Assembly: GCA_030748735.1 (NCBI GenBank) | Contig: JASMLK010000144.1 | Span: 47,383-111,382 of the forward strand | Source of the DNA: Myxococcota bacterium | GTDB lineage: Bacteria > Myxococcota_A > UBA9160 > UBA4427 | Reading direction: 5' to 3' | DNA: 64,000 nucleotides | In this document: piece after piece, positions 21,569 through 30,953 of the stretch | How the letters are laid out: every line of letters begins with the position of its first letter | Numbering within the stretch: position 1 is the first letter of the stretch | The notes under the pieces: model-generated | What the model saw: only the letters and a program-made list of their open reading frames with translations | What the model was told of the DNA's origin: nothing | Database searches by the model: none | Translations under genes and position numbers: made by a program

Positions 21569-22792
21569 GTGCACGACCCCGCTGCGGCAGAAGACACCGC
21601 AGCCGCGGCATCGCGGGAAGGCAGCGCGCTCCCGCGCATGCCGGCACCGGCCCCGACGGTACGCGTGCGCACCCAGTCCCTCGATCGCTTTCTCGGCACC
21701 GTGGGAGAGGTGATCCTGAGCGCGCGGCAGCTGCGCCGTGTGACGGTCAAGGGTGAGGATTCCGCCGAACAGGCGGAGCAGTTCGACCAGGTCGAGCGCT
21801 GCGTCAACGAGCTGCAGCGCCGGGTGCTCGACCTGCGCACCGCACCGCTCACGCGCGCGATGGAGAACCTGCCCCGAGTCGCGCGCCAGGTGGCGGAATC
21901 CCTGGGCAAGCGCGTCGACGTGCAGCTACTCGGGACCGAACTCGAACTCGATCGTTCGACCCTCGACCGACTCAACGAACCGCTGCTCCACATCATCCGC
22001 AACGCGGTCAGTCACGGCCTCGAGTCGGTCGAAGACCGCATTCGCTCGGGCAAGACCGAAGTCGGTCAGGTGGTGATCGAGGCGCGGCGGGAAAAGAATT
22101 CGATCGTCATCGAAGTGAATGACGATGGGCGCGGGATCGACCTCGACGCCGTGCGCGATCGCGCGGTTTCGGCCGGCCTCATCCACGAGGGACTTGCCGA
22201 AGATCTTCCCGCCGAAGAGATCGTGAGCCTGATCTTTCGACCGGGTCTGTCGACCGCCAAACAGGTTTCGGAAGTGTCGGGTCGTGGCGTAGGCATGGAC
22301 GCCGTAAAGGCGACGATCGAGTCACTCGGTGGCTCGATCGATCTCAGCACGACCGCAGGGCAGGGGACCACGACGCGTTTCGAAGTACCGATCACTGCGG
22401 CGGTTCAGCGGGTGGTGCTCGTAGAGATGGCCGGCGAGTGCGTGGCGCTGCCGATCACCAAGGTCGAGCGCATTTTCGAAATCGACTCACATTTACTGGA
22501 AGAAAGCGGCGGCGAAGCGTTCGCAACGATCGGCGGCGATCCGATTCCTGTGCTCGATCTCGCACGTTGTCTCGCTCTCGAACCGATAAGAAACGAGGGT
22601 CCGATCTCGCTTGCGCTCACCGATGTCCGCGGCGAGATCGTGGCGTTGCGTGTCGACCGCTTCGTCAGTCAACAGGAGGTGTACGTCAAGCCGGTTCCCA
22701 AGCTGCTTGCGAGCTTGAAGACACTCGCAGGCATGACGACCCTCGACGATGGAAGTCCTGTCTTTCTCCTCGACCTCAAGCACCTGGTTTGA
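21569..22792 (+). CDS. cheA: CheA P3-P4-P5 (dimerisation, ATPase, CheW-like) part, DifE-like; in the -1 frame relative to the Hpt ORF
   Basis: TVRVRTQSLDRFL..VGE, PLLHIIRNAVSHGLE (N box), DDGRGID (G1), IFRPGLST, SGRGVGMD (G2), C-terminal CheW domain. Confidence 0.92.
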   Translation: MHDPAAAEDTAAAASREGSALPRMPAPAPTVRVRTQSLDRFLGTVGEVILSARQLRRVTVKGEDSAEQAEQFDQVERCVNELQRRVLDLRTAPLTRAMENLPRVARQVAESLGKRVDVQLLGTELELDRSTLDRLNEPLLHIIRNAVSHGLESVEDRIRSGKTEVGQVVIEARREKNSIVIEVNDDGRGIDLDAVRDRAVSAGLIHEGLAEDLPAEEIVSLIFRPGLSTAKQVSEVSGRGVGMDAVKATIESLGGSIDLSTTAGQGTTTRFEVPITAAVQRVVLVEMAGECVALPITKVERIFEIDSHLLEESGGEAFATIGGDPIPVLDLARCLALEPIRNEGPISLALTDVRGEIVALRVDRFVSQQEVYVKPVPKLLASLKTLAGMTTLDDGSPVFLLDLKHLV

Positions 22793-22821
22793 GCCAGGCC
22801 TTCGAGACACTGCATCCCAAC

Positions 22822-23415
22822 ATGTTGAGCGCACAGGAAGCACGGATCGATCGACTGAGCGAACTCGCGAACATTGGCGCGGGTCACGCTGCCGGTGCGT
22901 TCTCGCAGATGACCGGTCATACGATCCGCATGGAAGTGCCGCGGGTCTGGTTGTCCGGCCTGGAGCTTGGTTCCGACGGTGCGGCGGTCAGTGTGGAAGA
23001 CGCCGACGAGCGTGAATGGGCGTCGGGCGTCATCTTCGAATTCGATGGCTGTCTCAACGCCGTCATGGCGGTGCTCTTCCGGCGAGAGATGTGCGACGCC
23101 GTCGTGCGGCAGATGGTCGGCCAGGAGCAGGGCTTCCTGCCGTCCGAAACCGTCGAATCTGCACTGATGGAAGTGGGCAATGTGCTGGCGTCCCACGTCG
23201 CGTCTGCGATCGCCGACACCCTCCATGCCCGCCTGCTGCCCTCGATCCCCATGCTCTCGCTCGACGCCGCGTTCGAGCAGTTGCAGGCCCTCGCGGCGAC
23301 GCGTCCGGGCGAGGGCGAGGTCTGGATCGAATGCGAGCTGGCCGACCAGGACGGGCAGCTCGGGGGCCTCGTGGTGCTGATACCGGATCGCGAAGCCGAG
23401 GCCGCCACCGACTGA
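22822..23415 (+). CDS. cheC: CheC-family phosphatase (DifG-like)
   Basis: Two ExxN motifs: DRLSELANIGAGHAA and SALMEVGNVLAS. Confidence 0.88.
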   Translation: MLSAQEARIDRLSELANIGAGHAAGAFSQMTGHTIRMEVPRVWLSGLELGSDGAAVSVEDADEREWASGVIFEFDGCLNAVMAVLFRREMCDAVVRQMVGQEQGFLPSETVESALMEVGNVLASHVASAIADTLHARLLPSIPMLSLDAAFEQLQALAATRPGEGEVWIECELADQDGQLGGLVVLIPDREAEAATD

Positions 23416-23488
23416 AGCGCCCATCGAAGTTTGATACCGTGCCCTGCCTTCACGACTCTCTCTTGGGTTGTGGCGAACGAAGGCTCCG

Positions 23489-24238
23489 GTGGATCGCGAC
23501 GAACTTCGAAAACTCCTTGAAGGCCTGCAACGCGGCGACGTCGAGCTCGACGCCGCGGTGAAGCGCCTTTCCCACTTTCCTTTCGTCGACACGGAGCACG
23601 CGAGGGTCGACACCCAGCGCTCGCTTCGGATCGGGATCCCCGAAGTGATCTTCGGCCTCGGCAAGACGCCCGAACAGATCGTCGACGTTGCGAAGACCTT
23701 GCGTGAAGCCGGGCAGAACGTTCTCGTCACGAGACTCGAAGCCGAAGTCGCGGCTCGCGTGCAGGGTGAACTCCCGGAAAGCGAATACGACGAAGTTGCG
23801 CGCCTGCTGTGGATCGGACCGATGGAAGTGCCCGTCGTGGGCAAGGGCACGGTTGCGGTCGTTTCGGCGGGTACGAGTGATCGTCCCGTCGCGGCCGAAG
23901 CGGCCGCCGTGGCCCGTTGTTTCGGCAACGAGGTCGAGACCCTCGCCGACGTCGGCGTGGCGGGTATTCACCGGCTGCTGGCATCGCACGACGTGCTCGC
24001 GAACGCCCGGGTCTTGATCGTGGTCGCGGGAATGGAGGGAGCGTTGCCTTCGGTGGTTGGTGGGCTGGTAGACAAGCCCGTCATCGCCGTGCCGACGAGC
24101 GTGGGTTATGGCGCAGCCCTCGGTGGCATTGCGGCGTTGCTCGGCATGCTCACGAGTTGTTCGTCGAATGTCTCCGTCGTGAACATCGACAACGGTTATG
24201 GGGCCGCCTATGTCGCGACGCTCATCAACCGCCTCTAG
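23489..24238 (+). CDS. larB: Nickel-pincer cofactor biosynthesis protein LarB (AIR-carboxylase-like)
   Basis: PEVIFGLGKT, SAGTSD, DVGVAGIHRL, AGMEGALPSVV, AVPTSVGYG, VNIDNGYGA. Confidence 0.93.
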   Translation: MDRDELRKLLEGLQRGDVELDAAVKRLSHFPFVDTEHARVDTQRSLRIGIPEVIFGLGKTPEQIVDVAKTLREAGQNVLVTRLEAEVAARVQGELPESEYDEVARLLWIGPMEVPVVGKGTVAVVSAGTSDRPVAAEAAAVARCFGNEVETLADVGVAGIHRLLASHDVLANARVLIVVAGMEGALPSVVGGLVDKPVIAVPTSVGYGAALGGIAALLGMLTSCSSNVSVVNIDNGYGAAYVATLINRL

Positions 24239-25565
24239 CGCTACGCGCAAGCGTCGATCGGGTGGCACGCCTTCGGGCGGTCGCATCCTTCATCTCGATT
24301 GCTTTTCGGGGATCGCGGGCAACATGATGCTCGCCGCGTTGCTCGACCTGGGTCTTTCGCGCAAGGAACTCGACGCCGGGCTGGCGGGCCTGGGCGTGGA
24401 TTACAAGCTCCGCGTTTGCAAGGTGACCCGCGGTACGCTGGCGGCGAAGTACCTGGATGTTCTGGTGCCGGGTGTTCGTGCGAAGGCGAAGAAGAAAAAG
24501 AAGGCGAAGAAGTCTGCGCACAGCCACGGCCATGCGCATGCCCAGCATCATCATTCGCACGCCGAACCCCACGTTCATCCACACGGTCACCAGCACGGCG
24601 AGGGGCGTTCGTACGCGAAGATCCGTCGGCAGCTCGAAAAGGCAGACCTGGCCAGCGGTGTGCGTGCGCGGGCACTCGACTGCTTCGAAGCGCTGGCGGT
24701 CGCCGAGGGCAAGGTACATGGCGTCGGTTTCGAGGACGTCCACTTTCACGAAGTCGGCGCCGTGGACGCCATCGTCGATATCACCGGCATGGCGATCGGG
24801 CTCGAAGCTCTCGGTATCGACCGCGTGACTGCATCTCCGGTGGCGCTGGGGCAGGGCACCGTCCACACCGAACACGGACTGTTGCCGCTACCAGCCCCGG
24901 CAACCATCGAACTCCTGCGCGGCGTTCCGACGACCCCCGCCCATGTCGAATGGGAAACCGTGACGCCGACCGGCGCAGCGATCCTGCGAAGCCAGGTCGA
25001 CGCATACGGCGCGATGCCCGCCATGACGATCGATCGCACCGGTTTGGGGGCAGGGGACGACCGGCCCGGCCCCATGCCAAACGTGCTTCGCGCCGTGCTG
25101 GGTGAAACCTCTTCGCTGGAAGGCGATCGCATCGTGTGTCTCGAGTGCAACCTCGACGACTTCAACCCCGAACACTTCGACTACCTGATGGAGCGCTTGT
25201 TCGAAGCCGGCGCACTCGACGTTTCGCTCCAGAACGTACAGATGAAGAAGAACCGCCCGGGCTTTCTCGTCCGGGTGGTCGCAACCCCCGCGAGCCGCCT
25301 CGCTCTCACACGATGCCTGCTCACCGAATCGACGACCCTCGGTGTGCGGGCTTCGGATTGGGACCGCCTCGTCGTTCCTCGCGAATCGCGAAAGATCGCC
25401 ACGCCTTACGGACGCATCGGCGTGAAGTTCGTGACCGGGCCCGACGGGCGCACGGAGGTGTCGGCGGAATACGACGACTGCAAACGCGCGGCGCGCAAGC
25501 ACGAGGCGCCGCTGCGCGATGTCGTTCGCGCCGCCGAAGACGCTGCGCGCAAGGTGGCGCGGTGA
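24210..25565 (+). CDS. larC: Nickel insertion protein LarC (start uncertain)
   Basis: LDCFSGIAGNM, His-rich segment, VHFHEVGAVDAIVDI, TPTGAA, ECNLDD, MKKNRPG, EYDDC. Confidence 0.92.
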   Translation: MSRRSSTASSATRKRRSGGTPSGGRILHLDCFSGIAGNMMLAALLDLGLSRKELDAGLAGLGVDYKLRVCKVTRGTLAAKYLDVLVPGVRAKAKKKKKAKKSAHSHGHAHAQHHHSHAEPHVHPHGHQHGEGRSYAKIRRQLEKADLASGVRARALDCFEALAVAEGKVHGVGFEDVHFHEVGAVDAIVDITGMAIGLEALGIDRVTASPVALGQGTVHTEHGLLPLPAPATIELLRGVPTTPAHVEWETVTPTGAAILRSQVDAYGAMPAMTIDRTGLGAGDDRPGPMPNVLRAVLGETSSLEGDRIVCLECNLDDFNPEHFDYLMERLFEAGALDVSLQNVQMKKNRPGFLVRVVATPASRLALTRCLLTESTTLGVRASDWDRLVVPRESRKIATPYGRIGVKFVTGPDGRTEVSAEYDDCKRAARKHEAPLRDVVRAAEDAARKVAR

Positions 25566-26344
25566 GCGAAGCCGTCGATGCGGGCCCTTTCGATCGGGTT
25601 CCCTCCGACCACGACGGGAAGCGCGCGGCGCTCCTGTTGCACGGCTTCACGGGCACGCCGTATGAGATGCGACCCATCGGGGAAGAACTCGTGCGTCGGG
25701 GTTATCGCTGTGTCGGTCCCGTCATGGCCGGTCATCACGAGACCCACGTCGAACTCGCCCGGATCCATTGGCGCGAATGGATCGACGAGGCCGCGGATCA
25801 TCTCGATCGACTGCGCGGCGAAGCCGAGCATGTCGTCGTTGCGGGGATGTCGATGGGTGGGCTCGTGACACTGGCCCTCGGCGCGAGCCACACGCCGGAT
25901 GCCATCGCGGTCATGGGCGTGCCTTTGCAGTTACCGCGATCGATTCGCTGGCGCGTGCCGATCGGGAAGTACCTGAAACCGTACTTCCCCAAGACCGAAG
26001 GCCCCGGCGGACCGGACATACGCGAACCCGGAGCACGCGAGCGACACCCCGGCTTCGACGCGATCCCCGTGGCGGGTACACACGAGATCTTGAAACTCCA
26101 GAAGCACGTGCGCGGTGTGCTCGACAAGGTCGTCTGCCCAACCATCATTGCCCACGGCGCGCACGACCAGACCGCGAGCCCGCGCGACGCCTACCGTACG
26201 CTGGGTGAGGTCAATGCCGGACGTCGCGAGATCTTCATCGGCGAAGAATCGGGGCACGTGATCTCCGTCGACTACGACGGTGCGGAGTGTGCGAGGCGCA
26301 TCGCCGACTTCTTCGAAGCAGCGCTTGCCGACCAGGGGGCGTAG
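25562..26344 (+). CDS. Alpha/beta-hydrolase carboxylesterase (monoacylglycerol lipase-like)
   Basis: LLLHGFTGTP oxyanion region, GMSMGG nucleophile, HGAHD, SGHVISVD. Confidence 0.9.
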   Translation: MSEAVDAGPFDRVPSDHDGKRAALLLHGFTGTPYEMRPIGEELVRRGYRCVGPVMAGHHETHVELARIHWREWIDEAADHLDRLRGEAEHVVVAGMSMGGLVTLALGASHTPDAIAVMGVPLQLPRSIRWRVPIGKYLKPYFPKTEGPGGPDIREPGARERHPGFDAIPVAGTHEILKLQKHVRGVLDKVVCPTIIAHGAHDQTASPRDAYRTLGEVNAGRREIFIGEESGHVISVDYDGAECARRIADFFEAALADQGA

Positions 26345-26374
26345 CCCTTTCGTAGCTCCGAACTCGCGAGCGTA

Positions 26375-27850
26375 TCAGCCCAGGTGGTGGAGATACTCGA
26401 TCAGTCCGGCTTCGTCGGACGCGGTCATCGACTGGAACTGCAGGCCGAACCCGCGATGCCCCGAGCCCGGGACCTGATATAGCACCTCGGCGTCGAACTC
26501 GAGGTGCCGACCCATCGCCGGGATGTTGAGGTCGCAGCGTTTGACCGCGCCCTGTGCAAAGTGTTCGCCACTGCGCACCATGATGCCGCCGCGGCCGAGC
26601 AGGACGGCCGTCGAGGGCAGGTGGGCGCCGTCGATCTGGACCGACAGCTGCTGGGGATAGCGGGTGAAGCGGCGGCGCTTGGGCTGCTTGATCGTGCGTT
26701 CGAGATGTCGAGCAATCTTGGACACGTCGATCGGATAGCCGAGATAACCGATGGCCCCGGCCTGCTGTGCGGCCTTGCGGCGCGATGCACGGCGGTGGGC
26801 GTCGACCAGGATCACGGGGATCTCTTCGATCCCCACGACGCTGCGCAGAGCGGGGATCAACTCGATGCCTTCCGAGCGCCCGAGGCTCACGTCGGCCATT
26901 ACGAGTTCGGGCGAAATTCGATCGTAGTAGTCGATGGCTTCGTTGAGGGTATGGGCGACCAGCACTTCGTAGTTGCGAAGCCGCAGCGAGTCGATCGCGC
27001 TGCGTTCACGTGCGAGCTGCTCGCCGACCAGCAGGATGCGTAGCGGGCGCTCCTTCGGTTCGTCCGAAAGGTCGACGATGGTTGCCGACATCGACATGGC
27101 ACGTCGTCGCTCTTCTTCTTTGATTCGGCGGTCCATGTTCGTGAGCTCTTGCAGGCGATTGGTGATCTGGATCTCGAGATCGACGGCCGAGTCGACCTCT
27201 GCATCGATCTCGATCACGCGATCTTCGGGGCGCTGAAGCGTCACGCCACCGAGTGGCCCACGGCTGGGGAGGATCACCTTGCGGGGCTCGCAAACCTGTA
27301 CCTTGACGGCGCGATCTTCTCCCGCGAGAAGAACGCTCAACATCGCACCGTTGTTCGCGGCGTTGACATCGGCACCGAGTTTTCGGAGCCAGGCCTCGGC
27401 GTTTCGCAACTGGGTGAGGTGAGCGTTCCACGCCGCGCGAATCCGGGCTTCGAGGGACGCGGCGTTCTTGCAGTCGCCGATGGGGATCAGTGGAAGAACG
27501 AAGAGCGCGGCCGGGCGTAGGCACTTGATCTGTTCGCGACCGGCGGTCGAGAAGACGATCTCCGACAGCGCGAGTGATCCGTTCAGAGTTTCGATTGAGC
27601 GCCCGGTGCCGTGCATCGAAGCCAGCACGCTGCGCCCGCCCGGCAGCAGACGTGCGCGAACACCCATCGTCTGTAGACGATGGAGCATTCGACTCTGGTC
27701 CGATTCCCCACCTGCTTCCCGCACCTGCGACCGAAGCCTCCGCGATTCTCGACAGCTTTGCTGATCGGCAGGATGGAAGCGTTCCTTGAAGTTGCCCGTT
27801 GCTGATGCGGAATTGCGTGTCTGCTGCTGTTCAGCCTGCTCTGAGAGCAT
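26375..27850 (-). CDS. Unknown N-terminal domain + degenerate receiver domain + PilZ-like domain (start uncertain)
   Basis: RILLVGE...PELVMADVSL...IPVILV...GAIGYLGYP, then RRRFTRY (RxxxR) and GFGLQF. Confidence 0.75.
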   Translation of the reverse strand: MLSEQAEQQQTRNSASATGNFKERFHPADQQSCRESRRLRSQVREAGGESDQSRMLHRLQTMGVRARLLPGGRSVLASMHGTGRSIETLNGSLALSEIVFSTAGREQIKCLRPAALFVLPLIPIGDCKNAASLEARIRAAWNAHLTQLRNAEAWLRKLGADVNAANNGAMLSVLLAGEDRAVKVQVCEPRKVILPSRGPLGGVTLQRPEDRVIEIDAEVDSAVDLEIQITNRLQELTNMDRRIKEEERRRAMSMSATIVDLSDEPKERPLRILLVGEQLARERSAIDSLRLRNYEVLVAHTLNEAIDYYDRISPELVMADVSLGRSEGIELIPALRSVVGIEEIPVILVDAHRRASRRKAAQQAGAIGYLGYPIDVSKIARHLERTIKQPKRRRFTRYPQQLSVQIDGAHLPSTAVLLGRGGIMVRSGEHFAQGAVKRCDLNIPAMGRHLEFDAEVLYQVPGSGHRGFGLQFQSMTASDEAGLIEYLHHLG

Positions 27851-28108
27851 CTCTTGCCGGTGATCGTGAGGTTGCGGTAGATCCAGTATCCGAAGAGTTC
27901 GATGAACTCCTCCTTGAACACGTACTTGACGCCGTGGATTGCCCTCAGGAGGAGATCGAGCGATACCAGCGAGATTGCCAGGAGGCGGGCGACGGGATCG
28001 CGGGCCACCATCCCAGCCAGGTCGAGCAGTCGTCCGGTGTCCAGGTCGTTTCGAAGATCTGCACGCATGCGCATGGGTCTCGCCGGCGACACTCTACTGA
28101 GCGCCGGC

Positions 28109-29212
28109 CTATTCCTCTTCGAACGCGGCTTGACGTCTTGCCATCGCGCGCTGGCGCTCGGAGATCAGGGGGCTGCCTTCGCGCCACATGTAGCAGCTGT
28201 TGATCATTCCCCCGATGGCGCCCACCGGTGGCCCCTCGGCCTTCCCGTTGCTCTTCGTGTCGTTGCTCTTCGTGCCTGTAGGCGTTTCGGTGCTCGTGCG
28301 TACGAACCAGCGGTCGGTAATCGCGGCGAGCACCTGGATGTGTCCCGGTGCCATCTGGAGCAGCGCATCGCGTACCAGGGCGCGATCGCCGCGTGCGCCG
28401 AGCAGGTCGCGCACGCGACTCGACAGGCCAGGCACGATCGGGTGACCGAGCAATGGTTCGAGTTCGTCGCTGCGGTCGTGCCACACCGCGTCGGCGAGGT
28501 TCGGAAGCACTCGAACGCGTTCGGTCGCTTGCAGGCGACCGATGCGAAAGGCCGGTGGCTCGACCAGCCCGACGATCCGCACCTCTTCCTGGCGTTCCAG
28601 GCGTTCGAGCGGCGTTTCCACCATCTCGTGAGGACGACTGTGTACGTCCGCGAGTTGGACCGAGATCTCGATCTCCCCGCCTTCGATCTCGAAGCCGTCG
28701 ATGAAGATGCTGCGCCAGAAGAGCCGCTCACCGACGTGGCGCTTTTCGCGATGACGCCGCGCGACCTCTTCTTCGTGCATGACCGCCCGAGGGATCGCGG
28801 CCGCCATGCCGAAGAAGAGCGTCAGGAGGTGTGAGCAGCCCAACGCTCCGCCGAACTCGCTCGAGAGTTTGCGCCCGAAGTGCTCGTCCATCACTTCGCC
28901 CTGCAACGCTTGCAGTCGCGGCGAAGGGTCGCGGCAGCACTCGCCGCTGGTGCGCTCCGAGGCGTCGATCGCCACGTGGGGCTGTGCGACTTCGAGCGAG
29001 TCGATGCGCAGGCTGTTCGGATCGACGACCTGCTTGATCGTCATGTGGTGGATGATCCCGGAAGGTTGAACGTCCTGGGTCATCGGCACGAAGCCGCACT
29101 TGCGCAGGTCGATGATGTCTCCGCGCACGTCCCAGCGTCCGTCGCCGCGCAAGGCGGCCACGATCGTGAGCGATCGGGTGTGGAGCGGAACTCCCGTGAT
29201 CTTCAGCGGCAC
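28109..29212 (-). CDS. DUF2889-like protein (tandem domains)
   Basis: LHTRSL...IHHM, GALGCSHL pattern and C-terminal NSCYMW, which I recognise as DUF2889-like. Confidence 0.65.
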   Translation of the reverse strand: MPLKITGVPLHTRSLTIVAALRGDGRWDVRGDIIDLRKCGFVPMTQDVQPSGIIHHMTIKQVVDPNSLRIDSLEVAQPHVAIDASERTSGECCRDPSPRLQALQGEVMDEHFGRKLSSEFGGALGCSHLLTLFFGMAAAIPRAVMHEEEVARRHREKRHVGERLFWRSIFIDGFEIEGGEIEISVQLADVHSRPHEMVETPLERLERQEEVRIVGLVEPPAFRIGRLQATERVRVLPNLADAVWHDRSDELEPLLGHPIVPGLSSRVRDLLGARGDRALVRDALLQMAPGHIQVLAAITDRWFVRTSTETPTGTKSNDTKSNGKAEGPPVGAIGGMINSCYMWREGSPLISERQRAMARRQAAFEEE

Positions 29213-29243
29213 TCACTTCCCCTGGGTGACCAGTCGGCTGAGC

Positions 29244-29471
29244 TTAACCCAGGCGATCGCTCACGACCGAGTCGCCGACTCGCGGGTTCTGCGCAACCAA
29301 CCCCAGGCGAGGCACGTCGGCTCGAAGCCCATCGCCGCGGTTCACGTCGTAGATCAGAGGTGCCGTGTCACATCGCACGGTGCGACAAGCGGGCCCTTCG
29401 ATCACCTCACCGCCGAGTCGGTGATAGGCGAGATAGGTTCGGCACAACGCGCGCGCGGCTTCCGTCTTCAT
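29244..29471 (-). pseudogene. Short ORF, probably a truncated N-terminus (GNAT-like)
   Basis: 75 aa with APLIYDVN; coding-like sequence ends abruptly. Family assignment is a weak recollection. Confidence 0.3.
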
Positions 29472-29527
29472 GCCGAAAGCGTCAGCACGCCCGGTTCACG
29501 GGTGAGACAGGCGAGTCAGAATCGAAC

Positions 29528-30925
29528 TCAGCCCCCTCGTCGCGAAGGTGGCCTTGGTAGCAGCAAGGGGACGAGGAGTAGGGCCGCGAGGCCCAGCGCT
29601 CCGCCAGCGATCGCGGGTGCCCCGGCGCCTCCGACGTCGACGAGCCAACCCGAGGTGAAGTTCGACGCCACAGCCCCGAGCCCTGCGCCCACGAAGCCGA
29701 ACGCCGCCTGGCCGGTCGAGCGCAGGCGATTGGGCACCAGGGCGTCGATGTACACCGGCATGCCCATCATCACGCCCCACACCGTAACGCCGTGGAGGAT
29801 CTGCACGGCGGTGAGGACCGTCATGTCGCCCGTCAGGCCGCTGACCAACCAACGAATGGCGGACGCACCGATCCCGATCGCCACGATGCCGCGCTTCCCC
29901 AGCAATTCGACGCTTCGCCCCAGTACGAAGACCAACGGGATTTCGAGGGCGATCATCCAGATCCACATGTGGGCGATCGCGTCGACTTCACCGCCGTGAC
30001 TACGCACGAGTATGGGAAACATGTGCATCGGTCCCTGCATGGACATGTAGGCGAGAAAACCGAAGGTGAGCGCACGCAGCAGGTTCGGTTCTCGCAGGAG
30101 CTGAAGCCATTCGCCTGCATGAGCACGCACGCGCGTTGCATGGGTGCGTGGGATCGCGAGCGCCGCCACGCCGCCGACCGCGGCAAACGCGCTTGCTCCG
30201 ACGAACATCCAACCCAGCACGGGTTCGCTGCTCCCCGGGTTCGCGATGCCGGGTGTGATCCCGACCCCGGTGAGCGCAGCGAGACACAAGGGGAACGTCA
30301 CGACCACCAGCCCATAGGCAAGCGTTCCCCAAACGCGTACGCGTCCCAGGCGATGGCTCCCGTCTTCGTCGAGTGCCGCGATGCTCGCCGACATGGTCAT
30401 GGAGCCGAACGAGGTGAGAAAGACCGCGAGCAACGCCGTGGTGGCGGCGAAACCCAGAAAGCTCTCCTGCCTCGCGAGCAGCGCGTAGAACAGCGATGCA
30501 CCAAAGCAGATGGTTGCGACCACGCGATTGCGGCGTCCGGTCCGGTCGCCGATCTGTCCCCAGATCGGCTGCATCACCATCCCCATCAGCGGCAGCAGGC
30601 CGACTACGATGCCCGCTTCGGTGCCACTCAGCCCCGCGTTTTCGGTGAGGTAGAGCGTGTAGAACGGCAGGATGAACCCGAGTCCACCCAGGCCAAAGGC
30701 CCAGAGGAGCGAGAGTGTCAGCGATGCCCGCCGCGGGTCCACGTGGTGGGAAGCTGGTTCGTCGGTCTGCGACGCGTTCGATTCTCTTGCGGGGCTGTTG
30801 TTCGACACGTCTGCGTTCGCTCGACCGATGTTGAGTGGGCCCTGATGCTTAGCACTCGCGACCTCACTCACGCCTCCGCTGGGCGTTTCAGGTGGCCGGG
30901 TGTTGCGATGCGCGTGCCAGTCCAC
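29528..30925 (-). CDS. MFS transporter (MFS_1_like/HcaT-like; true start probably 30871 or 30742)
   Basis: About 12 hydrophobic segments, WGQIGDRTGRR motif A, GRVRVWGTLAY, QILHGVT. Confidence 0.9.
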   Translation of the reverse strand: MDWHAHRNTRPPETPSGGVSEVASAKHQGPLNIGRANADVSNNSPARESNASQTDEPASHHVDPRRASLTLSLLWAFGLGGLGFILPFYTLYLTENAGLSGTEAGIVVGLLPLMGMVMQPIWGQIGDRTGRRNRVVATICFGASLFYALLARQESFLGFAATTALLAVFLTSFGSMTMSASIAALDEDGSHRLGRVRVWGTLAYGLVVVTFPLCLAALTGVGITPGIANPGSSEPVLGWMFVGASAFAAVGGVAALAIPRTHATRVRAHAGEWLQLLREPNLLRALTFGFLAYMSMQGPMHMFPILVRSHGGEVDAIAHMWIWMIALEIPLVFVLGRSVELLGKRGIVAIGIGASAIRWLVSGLTGDMTVLTAVQILHGVTVWGVMMGMPVYIDALVPNRLRSTGQAAFGFVGAGLGAVASNFTSGWLVDVGGAGAPAIAGGALGLAALLLVPLLLPRPPSRRGG

Positions 30926-30953
30926 CGCCGTAGACGTCTTCGGCAGCGTGGAC

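Noticed and set aside
30849-30857. TTAGCACTC as a second CIRCE
   Set aside because: The right half-site GAGTGCTAA is absent, and the location is unrelated to heat-shock genes.
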